Virus record (IMG/VR): IMGVR_UViG_3300010998_000002
Span: 44,613 to 108,612 of that record
Direction: 5' to 3' (one strand)
Length of the DNA stretch: 64,000 nt
Source: a virus
Taxonomy: Duplodnaviria > Caudoviricetes
In this document: positions 1 to 10,705 of the stretch, piece by piece
Layout of the letters: each line of letters starts with the position of its first letter
Position numbering within the stretch: the first letter of the stretch is position 1
Notes under the pieces: generated by a model
Told to the model about the DNA's origin: nothing
The model's database searches: none
What the model saw: only the letters and a program-made list of their open reading frames with translations
Program-made: the position numbers and the translations under genes

Positions 1-1883
1 GCATTAATAACCGATAAATCTGCCAATGTTGTAGGCTTGATTTCTCGGCATAAATGTTTCATTATATCAGATTCTAACTGAAACACACCGCCTGTATTGC
101 CGGCAGATATTAAATCAAATGTTTTTTTATCATCAAAAGTTATATCTTTAAAATTAAATTTCTTATCACCTAATCTATTCATAGCATCTTTAACGATAGA
201 TAAGTTTTTTAATCCTAAAATATCAAGTTTTAATAATTTTAAATCTCCATCAATTTCTGTCATTTCAAATGCAGAACAGTTGATTTTCTTTCCACTAGCA
301 TCTTCTATCCACATGACAGGTGTCAAATTTTCTAATGGCTGATTAGAAATTACAACTCCGGCCGCATGAACCCCACGTTTATCAATACCACCTTCTAATT
401 TTTTTGCAACATCAATAATTTGCGCAAATAAACTATCGGTTTTATACATTTTTTGTAATTCTTCCGATTGAGCAATATTCTCATCAAGAGATAAATTTGT
501 ATCTAATAACTCTTGCGAAATTCTATTTGCTTCAACAAATGGCATTTCTAATACACTTGCAACAGCCTTAAACGATGCTACACTTGTCAAACTACCATAA
601 GTTGCAATATTACATACTCGTTCTTTTGTATATGTTTTTTCAATATAATCAATAACTTTTCCACGATTTATATCTTCCACATCACAATCCACATCGGGCG
701 CTGATATACGTTCCGGATTTATAAATCTTTCAAAAAGTAATTTATGTTCTATCGGGTCTAAATGTGTTACATAAAGACAATAAAGAACTAATGAGCCTGC
801 TCCAGAGCCACGACCAAAGCCTGTGGCAATATCGGCTTCATCCATAAATTTATATAAATCATGCAATACAAGAAAATAATCGGTAAAACCAATTTTATAA
901 ATTGTTTCCAACTCATATTTTAATCGTGCAACATATTGTTGCATATTTATATTTTTACCGGCAAATCTTTTCTTAAATCCTTCTTGTGCTAATTGCATTA
1001 ATTTCTGTAATGATTCTTTTTTATCGCCAAAAGTCGGATAATTATATTGATGTTGTAAAATATCATAATTTTCAATTTTATTATAAATTTCTTCCGAACT
1101 TGCTAAAACTTCATTAAAAATATCTTCACCCAAATAAGAGATTGCCTGTCGCATTTCTTCTGTATTTTTTAAATAAAATTCATCAGTTTCAAAATTCATT
1201 CTATTCGTATCTGATATTTTTTTATGAGTTTGTTTACATAATAAAACTTCATGCGCAAAACTATCTTCTTTTTTTGCATAATGAGAGTCGTTTGTTGCAA
1301 TGAGTTTTATTCCATATTTTTTTGCAAGTTGCACCAAAATCATATTAACAGGTTTTTGTTGTTTTAATTTATGGTCTTGTAATTCTAAATAAAAATCATC
1401 ACCAAATATTGACTTAAACTTTTTTAAATACTCGTCAATTTTTGGCATATTTTGAGCAATAATCATTTTAGGAATAATGCCAGCCAAACAAGCACTACAA
1501 GCAATTAAACCTTCGGAATATTTTGCCAAATCGTCAAAAGTTATCCTATTTTTATAATAAAAATTATAATAAGACAAATTATGTAACTTAATCAAGTTTA
1601 ACCAACCCTGCTTATTTTTAGCCAATAAGACTAGGTGATAATTATCTCTAGTTTGATTTTCTAAATCTAAAGTCATATAGGCTTCCATGCCTAAAATTGG
1701 TTTAATTTCCTGTTTATTGCATTCTTTATAAAATTTTATTGCGCCAGCCAAAGACCCGTGGTCTGTAATGGCTAATGCAGGCATATTGTTATCTTTACCC
1801 CATTGCACATAATCTTCAACTTTAATTAAAGCATCCAATAAACTATAGCATGTATGTGTATGTAATGGTATTAATTCTGACAT
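1..1883 (-). CDS. dnaE: DNA polymerase III alpha subunit, N-terminal part (runs off the window; absent from the ORF track)
   Basis: Manual translation from ATG at 1883 gives MSELIPLHTHTCYSLLDALIK...AITDHG...KPILGMEAY (PHP domain), then GFGRGSGAGSLVLY, FERFINPERISAPDVDCD and GVHAAGVVIS. Confidence 0.96.
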   Translation of the reverse strand, partial: MSELIPLHTHTCYSLLDALIKVEDYVQWGKDNNMPALAITDHGSLAGAIKFYKECNKQEIKPILGMEAYMTLDLENQTRDNYHLVLLAKNKQGWLNLIKLHNLSYYNFYYKNRITFDDLAKYSEGLIACSACLAGIIPKMIIAQNMPKIDEYLKKFKSIFGDDFYLELQDHKLKQQKPVNMILVQLAKKYGIKLIATNDSHYAKKEDSFAHEVLLCKQTHKKISDTNRMNFETDEFYLKNTEEMRQAISYLGEDIFNEVLASSEEIYNKIENYDILQHQYNYPTFGDKKESLQKLMQLAQEGFKKRFAGKNINMQQYVARLKYELETIYKIGFTDYFLVLHDLYKFMDEADIATGFGRGSGAGSLVLYCLYVTHLDPIEHKLLFERFINPERISAPDVDCDVEDINRGKVIDYIEKTYTKERVCNIATYGSLTSVASFKAVASVLEMPFVEANRISQELLDTNLSLDENIAQSEELQKMYKTDSLFAQIIDVAKKLEGGIDKRGVHAAGVVISNQPLENLTPVMWIEDASGKKINCSAFEMTEIDGDLKLLKLDILGLKNLSIVKDAMNRLGDKKFNFKDITFDDKKTFDLISAGNTGGVFQLESDIMKHLCREIKPTTLADLSVIN

Positions 1884-2024
1884 ATCTTCCTCTTTCTTCC
1901 TATAAGTATTCTATCATACTATAAGTATAAAGTCAATATAAAGAAAAGACACATCCTAAAGAGAATATGTCCTACATAATTTTTCTAAAAAACATTTACC
2001 ACTAATATATTACCATATCTTATA

Positions 2025-2543
2025 CTAATTGTCAAGAGTAGAATATTTAGTATAATGTATTGCTTTAATTCCATTAGCACGATACATTTCTACGTTACGA
2101 ATATCATCATCTATTGCCAAATCAATAAAAACTTTAGGTATAATATGAGTATGTAAAATATTATTTTTTACTTCGGCAGTAGGTGAATAATCACAAGTAT
2201 TTCTCATATAAAGATATTTTTTAATCCTATTCCAACCTTTAATATTTCTAAATACTGCATTTAATTGACCTTCCGTAATTTCTCGCATTTTATGTATATC
2301 TTCTCTAGCAGTAATAAAATAAATATTTTGCAAACCTTTTTTAATAAGAATATCAATAAAATCTATCATATCGGCATTTTCACTCACAAGATAATAATGG
2401 TCGTGGTATCTATCCCAACCTTCTCTAGTATTATCTATTGGAATATATTTTTCCCATTCCCTGCTATCTAAAACACAATTATCAATATCTAAAATTAAAT
2501 TTTTAATATTATCTGGTACGATTTCACCATTTAACTTAACCAT
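2025..2543 (-). CDS. HAD-family phosphatase (like the PseT 3'-phosphatase domain)
   Basis: LILDIDNC (DxD motif I), FITAR (motif II), AIDDDIRNVEMY (motif IV). Confidence 0.75.
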   Translation of the reverse strand: MVKLNGEIVPDNIKNLILDIDNCVLDSREWEKYIPIDNTREGWDRYHDHYYLVSENADMIDFIDILIKKGLQNIYFITAREDIHKMREITEGQLNAVFRNIKGWNRIKKYLYMRNTCDYSPTAEVKNNILHTHIIPKVFIDLAIDDDIRNVEMYRANGIKAIHYTKYSTLDN

Positions 2544-3138
2544 TTTTCCAGCCTTCCTTTATTAAAATACTCTCACGATTTTCATCTATGTTATGATAAA
2601 TTTTTCGCATATTCATAACATCATATAAATTCATTATTTGCATATTATTAGCATCTAAACCTATATCCATTGCCCTTAAAAATGGTTTGATTTTTCCATG
2701 CGTATGTCCGAAACAATGAAAAGCATCTTGGTAAAACCCTTCCCATTCTAATAATGGTAAATGTTGCAAATGAAACAAATTATCATTCCACCGAATTTTA
2801 TAAGCCTGTTTACAATCTTGAATCACGCCCATTTGCCATAATTTTCGCAACTGTTTTTCTTTATCATGATTGCCAATGCTAACTTTTATTATAGGTGTTA
2901 ATGACCGGATAAATTTTATTAACTCCTCATCTTCATCCTTAAAACCAATATCGCCTAAAATATAAAGTGTAGCACTTTTACTCTTAATCGTTGAATTAAT
3001 AATATTCCTTATATATTGTGTATGCTCCTGCGGATTACTAAAACCTCTTAAAGAAATAGTCCTATTAATAATATTAGACAAATGCAAATCTGCCGTAACA
3101 TATATATCTTCAAAATTATGTAATGTATTAAATCCCAT
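2536..3138 (-). CDS. calcineurin-like metallophosphoesterase
   Basis: ADLH, ILGD, GNHD, HLP and FGHTH metal-binding motifs. Confidence 0.9.
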   Translation of the reverse strand: MGFNTLHNFEDIYVTADLHLSNIINRTISLRGFSNPQEHTQYIRNIINSTIKSKSATLYILGDIGFKDEDEELIKFIRSLTPIIKVSIGNHDKEKQLRKLWQMGVIQDCKQAYKIRWNDNLFHLQHLPLLEWEGFYQDAFHCFGHTHGKIKPFLRAMDIGLDANNMQIMNLYDVMNMRKIYHNIDENRESILIKEGWKNG

Positions 3139-3518
3139 TAATTACTCTCTTTCGGAATATTATCAACTCTAATAACATGCACGATTCTTTCACCGTTTTT
3201 AGCAATATTAATTGTATGCTTTGTACCCTTACTAATACCATTCCAAAATGCTATTACCATATCAGCATGTCTTACAATATCATGATTTCTTAAATAACCG
3301 GCACACTTACCATGACTATGCCATTTTGCTCTATAAATTTCTTTGGCATAATTATATTTATCTGCAAATTGTTCGGCTAATGTATCAACCCCTCTTGCAC
3401 CACCAGAAACAATAATAAATTCTAAATCTTCTTTTGGCATCAATTCTTTAACTTTAGATTCTACATAATCATAATTATTAAAATCTCTACTGCCAATAAT
3501 CGCTATTCTATATTCCAT
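3138..3518 (-). CDS. SLOG family (YspA/DUF2493-like) protein
   Basis: IAIIGSRDF, VSGGARGVD, AGYLRN, AFWNGISKGT; likely start MEY at 3518. Confidence 0.85.
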   Translation of the reverse strand: MEYRIAIIGSRDFNNYDYVESKVKELMPKEDLEFIIVSGGARGVDTLAEQFADKYNYAKEIYRAKWHSHGKCAGYLRNHDIVRHADMVIAFWNGISKGTKHTINIAKNGERIVHVIRVDNIPKESN

Positions 3519-5034
3519 AAGCGAACTCCAGCAATTCATCAACCGCCCTATGCTCTAATTTATTTTTTGCTCTTGTGCAAGCAACATATAGCAAATTTGC
3601 TTCATCCGGACTTGACATAGACCATCTATCACCATCGGCAATTTTTACCCATGACCATTCTAAACCCTTTGACCTATGCGCTGTAATAAGCGTATATTCT
3701 CTATCAGGATTTTCACAATCTTCTGACTTTCTTAATCTTTCTAAAACATCAATTAAATTATGTGCATTAAGAATAAAGAAATCAAAGAATTTTTTAAAAT
3801 CTAAACTTAAAACATTACTATTTCTAACTAAATAAGGATATAAATCAAAACCTTCTTTTTTTGCTATATTCACATAAGCATCTACATTTTTTGAACGTCT
3901 AATTTTAAATTTAGAACGATATACTTCTAAATCATCTTCACAACCAGATTTACTTGCTAATAATTGGTCGTAAAAATACAACATTTCTGCAAATGCTTCC
4001 TCAAAACAATCTGAATTAGTGCCATTAACAACATCCATAAAATGTACTTTGATATTATCTACTTCCTTCATTAAATTAACAGCATATTCAAACATACAAG
4101 AATTTGTCCTAAATAAGACGGTTTTCTTTGTTGTATCTTCAACATCTATTTTGTTATGAAAATTCTTAATTGAACCAGGCTTAAATTCTTTATATTTTTG
4201 TGCTAATATTTTATTAGCAATTTCGCACACTTCATCATTAAACCTAAATGATATAGTTAATGGAAGCGTGATACCATCAAATTTATCCATAGAATTGATA
4301 GCATGATTCCATTGATAAATCTGCTGATATTTATCTCCAACTATCCAAATTTTTTCTCGTTGAACTCTTTTAATAATGCTTAACATAAAAGGGTTTAAAT
4401 CTTGACTTTCGTCTAAAAACACATATTTATAACCTTTTACGGTATCTGCTGTATTAAGTGCGTATTCTTTAAGATACATATTATGGGTAAATTTCCCATG
4501 ATTAAGAAAATAGGTATATAAATCTTTAAAAAATTTTATTTCATAACTTTTTAAATAATTGCTTTCTAATCCATATTTTTTGCTATCACCAGATAATAAA
4601 GTTTCACAAAATGTATCTAAATCATCAAAAGTTGCGCAATAAGAGTTTAACATATCAAGCACATTTTTATATTTTGCATATTTATAAGATGTGTTTAAAT
4701 TTTTTACTTTCATATAATCTGCATAATCTAAACTCGGCATTACTTCAATATCGCCACCACGCAACAACGAAAAACGTCTTAATGCAAAAGAATGAGTTGT
4801 ATAGCATTCAACATTCAAATCTAAACTATCAAATTTTCGTTTAGAATCTTCAACCATTGATTTATTAAAAACCAAATATAAAATTTTAACTCCTGGTTGT
4901 GTTTTTCTAATTTCTTTAACTATTTCTACTAACGTAGAAGTTTTACCAGAACCGGCAAAAGCATTAATTTTAATCGTATCTTCTTTACCATATATTGTAT
5001 TTACTATGTCCTTTTGCTCTTGGGTTAATTCCAT
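3508..5034 (-). CDS. UvrD/Rep-like SF1 helicase
   Basis: AFAGSGKT, FLDESQD, VGDKYQQIY, SFRF, TAHRSKGLEW, LYVACTRAK. Confidence 0.92.
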   Translation of the reverse strand: MELTQEQKDIVNTIYGKEDTIKINAFAGSGKTSTLVEIVKEIRKTQPGVKILYLVFNKSMVEDSKRKFDSLDLNVECYTTHSFALRRFSLLRGGDIEVMPSLDYADYMKVKNLNTSYKYAKYKNVLDMLNSYCATFDDLDTFCETLLSGDSKKYGLESNYLKSYEIKFFKDLYTYFLNHGKFTHNMYLKEYALNTADTVKGYKYVFLDESQDLNPFMLSIIKRVQREKIWIVGDKYQQIYQWNHAINSMDKFDGITLPLTISFRFNDEVCEIANKILAQKYKEFKPGSIKNFHNKIDVEDTTKKTVLFRTNSCMFEYAVNLMKEVDNIKVHFMDVVNGTNSDCFEEAFAEMLYFYDQLLASKSGCEDDLEVYRSKFKIRRSKNVDAYVNIAKKEGFDLYPYLVRNSNVLSLDFKKFFDFFILNAHNLIDVLERLRKSEDCENPDREYTLITAHRSKGLEWSWVKIADGDRWSMSSPDEANLLYVACTRAKNKLEHRAVDELLEFAYGI

Positions 5035-5036
5035 CT

Positions 5037-5303
5037 CTATCCTTCTTTCTTCATTTTCTGCTCTCTTGCAATTTCTCTTGCTCGTTGTTCAACACATTGC
5101 TTACAAAACCAAAATTCTGCCCCTGTATTTTTATCAACATGCTTCATAAGATTATAAACATTGCCACATTTTTGACATCTAATTTGTCGTGGAATTGGTC
5201 TATATTTTGCACTTCTATAAGGTTTTGTGCCTTTTTCATATTTATCAATAGCCTTTTCTTCCATTTCGGCTATTTGTTCTTTATCTAATTTCTTTTCTTC
5301 CAT
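5037..5303 (-). CDS. small zinc-finger protein
   Basis: CQKC...CKQC pairs; RBS and its own TTGACA promoter upstream. Confidence 0.6.
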   Translation of the reverse strand: MEEKKLDKEQIAEMEEKAIDKYEKGTKPYRSAKYRPIPRQIRCQKCGNVYNLMKHVDKNTGAEFWFCKQCVEQRAREIAREQKMKKEG

Positions 5304-5360
5304 AACTCTCTCCTATGCCATAATTATACTACAAATTAATATATAATGTCAATAGTATAA

Positions 5361-5903
5361 TTATAACCTATTCAAATCATCTCTGGTAATTCTATCACCA
5401 TCTTTAAAACCTAATTCTAATAATCTTTGCGCCATTTTTTCACTTTCATGAGTATTATCTGCATCATATCTTTCACTATGATAATCACAAAAAGTTATTT
5501 TAACTTCGGCTTTCCAACTGTTTGATAATAATGATTCTAATTCATTTTTATATCTAGCATCAGAAATACAAATATTATTATAACCCATAGATATTGCACG
5601 TTCTATTTTTGCTTGATGTTGCTTTACCCAAAAATCAGGGTCTATTTCACGCATAGTTGCACCAATTCTTTGTAATAATAAACGACCATTAATTTTACCA
5701 TATCTCGGAACAAAAAACTTACCCTTTTTAAATAAATCATATTCTTCTGCATTTTCCGGTTGCCAATCCAACATTTTCCACACCATATCTCTTAAACAAT
5801 CGGCAAAATCAATTTGAATAAAATCTTCATTATCTATTAATTGTTGGCACGAATAACCCTTACCACTTCCCATTACTCCACAAAAAGCATAAATCTTAAC
5901 CAA
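5361..5903 (-). CDS. deoxynucleoside monophosphate kinase (T4 gp1-like)
   Basis: GVMGSGK P-loop, FADCLRDMV, GRLLLQRIG, DPDFWV, ISDARYKNE, HESE; likely TTG start at 5903 (ORF track extends to 5951). Confidence 0.88.
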   Translation of the reverse strand: MVKIYAFCGVMGSGKGYSCQQLIDNEDFIQIDFADCLRDMVWKMLDWQPENAEEYDLFKKGKFFVPRYGKINGRLLLQRIGATMREIDPDFWVKQHQAKIERAISMGYNNICISDARYKNELESLLSNSWKAEVKITFCDYHSERYDADNTHESEKMAQRLLELGFKDGDRITRDDLNRL

Positions 5904-5932
5904 ATGAATACCTACCTTTCTTTTCCAATTTA

Positions 5933-6586
5933 TTAACAAATCTCCAAACATTCTCTTTCTCCTACCAAACTTAATAAAATTGCTTCGGCTATATTATCAT
6001 CTTCTTTTTTGCAACCCTTACGAATTAAAAAATCTTCGGCATTTTTAAAATTATCTTTACAAAATTGAATACTTTGTATTTTAATTTCTTCTCGTTTTTC
6101 TTTTTGAGTTTTAGTTGTTAATTTATAATCAAATAATTTATGCCATTGAGTAGGTGAATATAACTTATACGATAACTCCAATATTGAACATATAGTGGTA
6201 TAAACACCTAAAGTCTGTGCATTTGCAAAAATAGCATCAATAGATGTCGCCAATCCAGATACTTGTCGTATTGGTTCTTCTATTATAACCTCTTGGATAT
6301 TATCCTTATATTGCAATAAAAAATCATATATCGCCTTATAGTTCCTAATGGCTCGTCTTTTTAACGCCTTTTTTTCTGCTTTTAATATCTTGATTTTTGT
6401 CTTTGTTTTTTCTTGCGTTTCCAAAAACTTAATTTTAGCATCTATTAATTTTTCAGCATTTTTATCGTATTCTCTATCCGGATATTTGAATACATTTACA
6501 ATTTTATCTCCACATGTAACAGCAACACAACCTGTAGTAGCCGTATCAATCCCTACCCGAAAAATCCTTTTATTTTCTTCGCACAT
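5933..6586 (-). CDS. RuvC-like Holliday junction resolvase
   Basis: VGIDTATTG, IIEEP, DDNIAEAILL acidic catalytic pattern. Confidence 0.75.
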   Translation of the reverse strand: MCEENKRIFRVGIDTATTGCVAVTCGDKIVNVFKYPDREYDKNAEKLIDAKIKFLETQEKTKTKIKILKAEKKALKRRAIRNYKAIYDFLLQYKDNIQEVIIEEPIRQVSGLATSIDAIFANAQTLGVYTTICSILELSYKLYSPTQWHKLFDYKLTTKTQKEKREEIKIQSIQFCKDNFKNAEDFLIRKGCKKEDDNIAEAILLSLVGERECLEIC

Positions 6587-6936
6587 TTATTTTTAAAATT
6601 TCTCCAACCTTCTCGCACTTCGTACTTAAACACTACAACTGCATCTTGAATAGCATTTTTTAATTCAATCTTTGACATTTTTAAAGTATTTTCAAACATT
6701 CTATAAAAAAGGTTTACATACTCCTCTATCTCACTAACCGTCATGGTTTCGGCTTCATACCCATAATAAGTTTTCAAATGCCACTTCTCTCTGTCAGAAA
6801 TATGTAAACCATTTTCTATTTTATAAAAAAGTATTGATAAATACTCATAACTATCTATACCAACAAATTGTCGTATTAAATCAATTTTATTATTTTGTTC
6901 TGCATCAAACGCTTCAATATATACCTTATTTTTCAT
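6553..6936 (-). CDS. hypothetical protein
   Basis: Coupled between dnaB and the resolvase; GGAG RBS before ATG 6936. Confidence 0.6.
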   Translation of the reverse strand: MKNKVYIEAFDAEQNNKIDLIRQFVGIDSYEYLSILFYKIENGLHISDREKWHLKTYYGYEAETMTVSEIEEYVNLFYRMFENTLKMSKIELKNAIQDAVVVFKYEVREGWRNFKNKCAKKIKGFFG

Positions 6937-8365
6937 TGGGCGCAACTCCACTAAACATTTGTTCTACAGTATCTTCCATTCTCGCTTGAACTTCCACGCT
7001 TTCTTTCAATCTTCCATCTTCAAATTCAAGCATAACATCTCGCATTAAATCTAAATCTCTATTTTTATCATTCGTGATAAACACTTTACCAATCCATTCT
7101 GGGTGTTTTTCCCTAATGCTCGGAAAAATATCTGGCTTATATGTATGAATTATTTTATGAGATTCATTTGCCGGTACTTTAGAACCAGCCAAATCTTGCA
7201 TTGTACCCCTAAATTCCTTTTGGTCTTTAAGTTGCTTTAAATATTGAAGTAACACTATAAAAGGAATTTTTGTATCTTTAGCACATCTTGTCCATTCTAA
7301 ATATGCCTTTGCTACAACTTGCCAATCTTCTTGACCTTCTCCATCACCCATAACTTTTCCAGCATGGTCTATATAAACGCAAGCAATACCACGTTTTAAA
7401 TGTTCTTTTTTAACTGTTAATGCTATTTGCTTTGCCGTTAAATTTGAACTATCATCAATTAAAATTGGCAATGAATTTATAAATTTTGTAGCATCTGCCA
7501 CACGTTGCAAGAATTTTTTGATTTCTTCTTCTGTTGGTTTAATACCCTTTTCAGTAAAATATAATCTTGGTCGTTTTAAATATTTAGCATTAATTCCTGC
7601 TTGCATAGCAATTAAACGATTATAAATTTGCTCTTTTGTCATTTCTAACGAAAAGAAAATTATATATTTCTTAATATTATTAGCCTTTAACCACATAGCC
7701 ATATTAAACATAATACTTAAAGAAAATTGTGTCTTGCATCCGCCATTCATACCGGCTAAAGTAATAACCTCTCCAGGACATGCGCCATCTAATCCTGCAT
7801 CTATCGTAGGATAGCCGAATGGAATACCTGTAATTTGATTAGGATTCATCATTTTTTCTAATATTGATTGTGTTACGGCTTTTGTATCAATATTAATAAC
7901 GGAAAGTTTTGTTGTTGCTTGTAATCTATCCGATAATTCTAATGTTAAATCAGACAATTCACCCAAAATCATTTCTGGTGTTGCCATATCCTTTGCTTTT
8001 TCTAAAAACCCTTCATAAAGATTAAGTGTTTTACGTTTAAAAGCAGATGTTCTAATGATTTGCGAATATTGCTTAACTTGTTTTTTTGTAACAAAAGTTC
8101 TACTATTAGCAAGTTTTCGCACCAACTCTGGTTCAATATCATAACCTAATGCACAAGCCTTATTCATAACCATAACATCGTCTGGCTCTACATCATCTTT
8201 ATATAATTCAACAATACAATTATAAATTTGCCCAAATGCAGGAACGGAAAAATTAGCAGGATTTAATTCATCTATAACTTCAATAAGTTTGTCTGGCTTA
8301 TATAATAATGAGCCTAGCAACATTTCTTCTGCCATTTTTGCATCTATATCTTTTTTTGCTACCAT
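6926..8365 (-). CDS. dnaB: replicative DNA helicase, DnaB-like (divergent)
   Basis: N-terminal AEEMLLGSLL, ITGIPFGYPTIDAGLDG, Walker A variant GMNGGCKT, FFSLEMTKEQI, ILIDD, DKNR. Confidence 0.9.
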   Translation of the reverse strand: MVAKKDIDAKMAEEMLLGSLLYKPDKLIEVIDELNPANFSVPAFGQIYNCIVELYKDDVEPDDVMVMNKACALGYDIEPELVRKLANSRTFVTKKQVKQYSQIIRTSAFKRKTLNLYEGFLEKAKDMATPEMILGELSDLTLELSDRLQATTKLSVINIDTKAVTQSILEKMMNPNQITGIPFGYPTIDAGLDGACPGEVITLAGMNGGCKTQFSLSIMFNMAMWLKANNIKKYIIFFSLEMTKEQIYNRLIAMQAGINAKYLKRPRLYFTEKGIKPTEEEIKKFLQRVADATKFINSLPILIDDSSNLTAKQIALTVKKEHLKRGIACVYIDHAGKVMGDGEGQEDWQVVAKAYLEWTRCAKDTKIPFIVLLQYLKQLKDQKEFRGTMQDLAGSKVPANESHKIIHTYKPDIFPSIREKHPEWIGKVFITNDKNRDLDLMRDVMLEFEDGRLKESVEVQARMEDTVEQMFSGVAPNEK

Positions 8366-8433
8366 TAAAATATTCTCTCTTTCGTTAATATAATCTTATC
8401 AAAATTTTTAAATAAAGTCAAGAGTAAAGAAAA

Positions 8434-8455
8434 ATGCTAGGAAAAATCCTAGCAT
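8434..8455 (-). terminator. intrinsic terminator
   Basis: ATGCTAGGA-aaaa-TCCTAGCAT hairpin followed by a T-rich tract on the minus strand. Confidence 0.75.
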
Positions 8456-8484
8456 AATAATCTCACTCTATACTATCAACCATT

Positions 8485-9198
8485 CTAAAATGGTATTTCT
8501 TCTGACACTTCCGCATCAACTTTTTTCTTTCTTCCTGCCTTTGCCTTTGTAGCCTTTTCTCCATCATCCACCGATGTTTCTTCCGTCTTTTTAACTTCTT
8601 CTACAATGGGATTATCAATTACAAAATTATTTTTTGCAATAACTTCTCGGCTTAATAATGTAGTAAATTGTGATACTATACTATGCGCTTCTTTAATATC
8701 ACCAGCCTTACTATCTTCCTTTTCAAGAATTTTACTAACGGCTTTTAAGGCTTTAATTTTTGAATTACCCAACGATTCTAACACAACGCCATACAATGAA
8801 TTATATCCGTTCATATATTCCCTACATTTTTCATTGGCTTCTTCTTGTGAAATTTTAACAACTTCACCATTTTTCAAAAATTCAATAGAATTAAAACAAT
8901 TATTAAAGGCTTGATTTAACATTGCACCAATCATTTTAATTGTAGGATTATCAGATACTTTATAACCTTCAAAAAGATTAGTAAAACTATCCGGCACTTC
9001 TACATTATAGTATTGTTTAGATTTCTTCAATGTAATTTTAGCACCTACACCGGAGAAAAATAAATATGCTACTTGATTTTTTAATGCAATATAAATTGCT
9101 TCGGAGTTTTTGGTAATATCTGCATCATCCACCCAAATTTGGGCGAGAGGATTACCCTGTGCTGACACCGAAAACAGCATCTTTTTAACTTCACACAT
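8485..9198 (-). CDS. hypothetical protein (replication-associated)
   Basis: 237 aa ORF in operon with the SSB-like gene; acidic C-terminus ending EEIPF. Confidence 0.6.
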   Translation of the reverse strand: MCEVKKMLFSVSAQGNPLAQIWVDDADITKNSEAIYIALKNQVAYLFFSGVGAKITLKKSKQYYNVEVPDSFTNLFEGYKVSDNPTIKMIGAMLNQAFNNCFNSIEFLKNGEVVKISQEEANEKCREYMNGYNSLYGVVLESLGNSKIKALKAVSKILEKEDSKAGDIKEAHSIVSQFTTLLSREVIAKNNFVIDNPIVEEVKKTEETSVDDGEKATKAKAGRKKKVDAEVSEEIPF

Positions 9199-9201
9199 GA
9201 T

Positions 9202-10227
9202 TTACTCTCCCAAATTTAAGTCTGCCATATTCATATTAGCCAAAGCACTAAAATCAATTTCAGTATCAGCCGTTGCAGTTTCTTCTACTTTAGTTTCTGC
9301 CTTCGGAGTTTCTTTAACTTCTTCTACTTTAGTTTCTTGTTTTACTTCTGCTTTTGGCTGTTCTGTTTTTACGGTTTCAGTTTTTGGAGCAGTTGTAGTT
9401 GCTACAGTAGTAATACCACCAAAAATATCACCTAGAGCATTAGCATCTACAGAATCCGGTGCTTCTTTAGTTCTTTTTGAACTTCCACCTGTTCTACCAA
9501 TACCTTTATCCCATGCAGTTTGGACAATTTCTATTTTTAACAAATTATATTTCAAAGAAATATCACCTGTATTATTATTTTTACTTCCAAAAGGTCTGAT
9601 GGTAATATTAACTGTATCACCACTATTTACATATAAAGGTGTTTCTTGTTTTGTCTTTGGAGATACAAAAGATGTAACTTTTTCACCATTTTCATATTTA
9701 AAGATTTCTGGTTCAACACCTTCACCTGTAAATTTATCAATAACTCTAAAATATTTAACTACCGGAATACCAATAGCCTTTTCAGCCTTATCAATTTTAG
9801 TAAATTTGTCTTTACCATCTTCATCTTTAGTCTTATCAAACATGCAAGTATTTGAAATTCTAATATCAAGATAATGTCTGCCGACATATTTTTCCGGATA
9901 TTTATTATTCAAAACATCTTTATCAGTAATAGCCTTAACAATACCTTTTACTACTTCAAGATTAGGATTGTGTACTTGTTCGGCTTTAAGATAATTTTGT
10001 CTAATTGCTCTATCTTTAGCCGGAAAATCGGTATCTGCCGGTAGCAAGATTTGAATATTATGTCCAAATTTTGCTTGTTTTGAACTTAAAGATGAATACA
10101 ATACTTCACAATTTTCAATTGTAAAAACAGGAATTTTTAACAAATCCAAAGGATTTTCATAAGTTTCCTTTAAGGTAATAATATCATTTTCATATACTAC
10201 CTTATTTTTTTCTTCTGTCGTAGTCAT
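9202..10227 (-). CDS. putative single-stranded DNA-binding protein
   Basis: Beta-rich core (YVNSGDTVNITIRPF...ISLKYNLLKIEIV), low-complexity linker and acidic tail; strong RBS and promoter; replication context. Confidence 0.5.
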   Translation of the reverse strand: MTTTEEKNKVVYENDIITLKETYENPLDLLKIPVFTIENCEVLYSSLSSKQAKFGHNIQILLPADTDFPAKDRAIRQNYLKAEQVHNPNLEVVKGIVKAITDKDVLNNKYPEKYVGRHYLDIRISNTCMFDKTKDEDGKDKFTKIDKAEKAIGIPVVKYFRVIDKFTGEGVEPEIFKYENGEKVTSFVSPKTKQETPLYVNSGDTVNITIRPFGSKNNNTGDISLKYNLLKIEIVQTAWDKGIGRTGGSSKRTKEAPDSVDANALGDIFGGITTVATTTAPKTETVKTEQPKAEVKQETKVEEVKETPKAETKVEETATADTEIDFSALANMNMADLNLGE

Positions 10228-10328
10228 AAAAACTCTCCTCTTTTCTTTTATCTACTCATGGAATTAAAGCAATTCCAACAACACCAATAGCATATCAAAT
10301 TTTTAAGTAAATGTCAATACTAACATTT

Positions 10329-10580
10329 TATACACTCCGAAATATATGATTTCATAATACTTTTAACTTAATTTTATATTATTTAAGTTCATGAACTTTA
10401 AGTTAAAATTTTAAATTATATGAACTTAATTATTATACACTTCAATTTTATATTACTTTAAGTTTATATACTATACACTCCAGATATTGTATGAACTTTT
10501 ATATACACTCCAATACATGAACTATAGGTATATATTATTTAAGTTCATGAACTTAAAATATTATATAATTGGAGTGTATA
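10329..10580. repeat. AT-rich iteron-like and palindromic repeat region (candidate origin or regulatory site 1)
   Basis: TATACACTCC at 10329, 10472, 10502 and inverted at 10571; AAGTTCATGAACTT palindromes at 10385 and 10541 (20-bp perfect at 10538-10557). Confidence 0.7.
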
Positions 10581-10671
10581 TATTAGCATAATATAATAAT
10601 ACCCTTAATATATTAAAGACCTTATGATATTATACTCTTTTTTTTTAAAATGTCAAGAGTAATTTTTTATC

Positions 10672-10700
10672 TTGACTTATATAGAAAAATTTGATAGTAT
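10672..10700 (+). promoter_or_regulatory. sigma70-type promoter for the tdk-dnaG operon
   Basis: TTGACT-N17-TAGTAT with TG extension; the same class occurs at 1908-1936, 8393-8421 and 10289-10317 (minus) and 13033-13061 (plus). Confidence 0.75.
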
Positions 10701-10705
10701 GTAAT

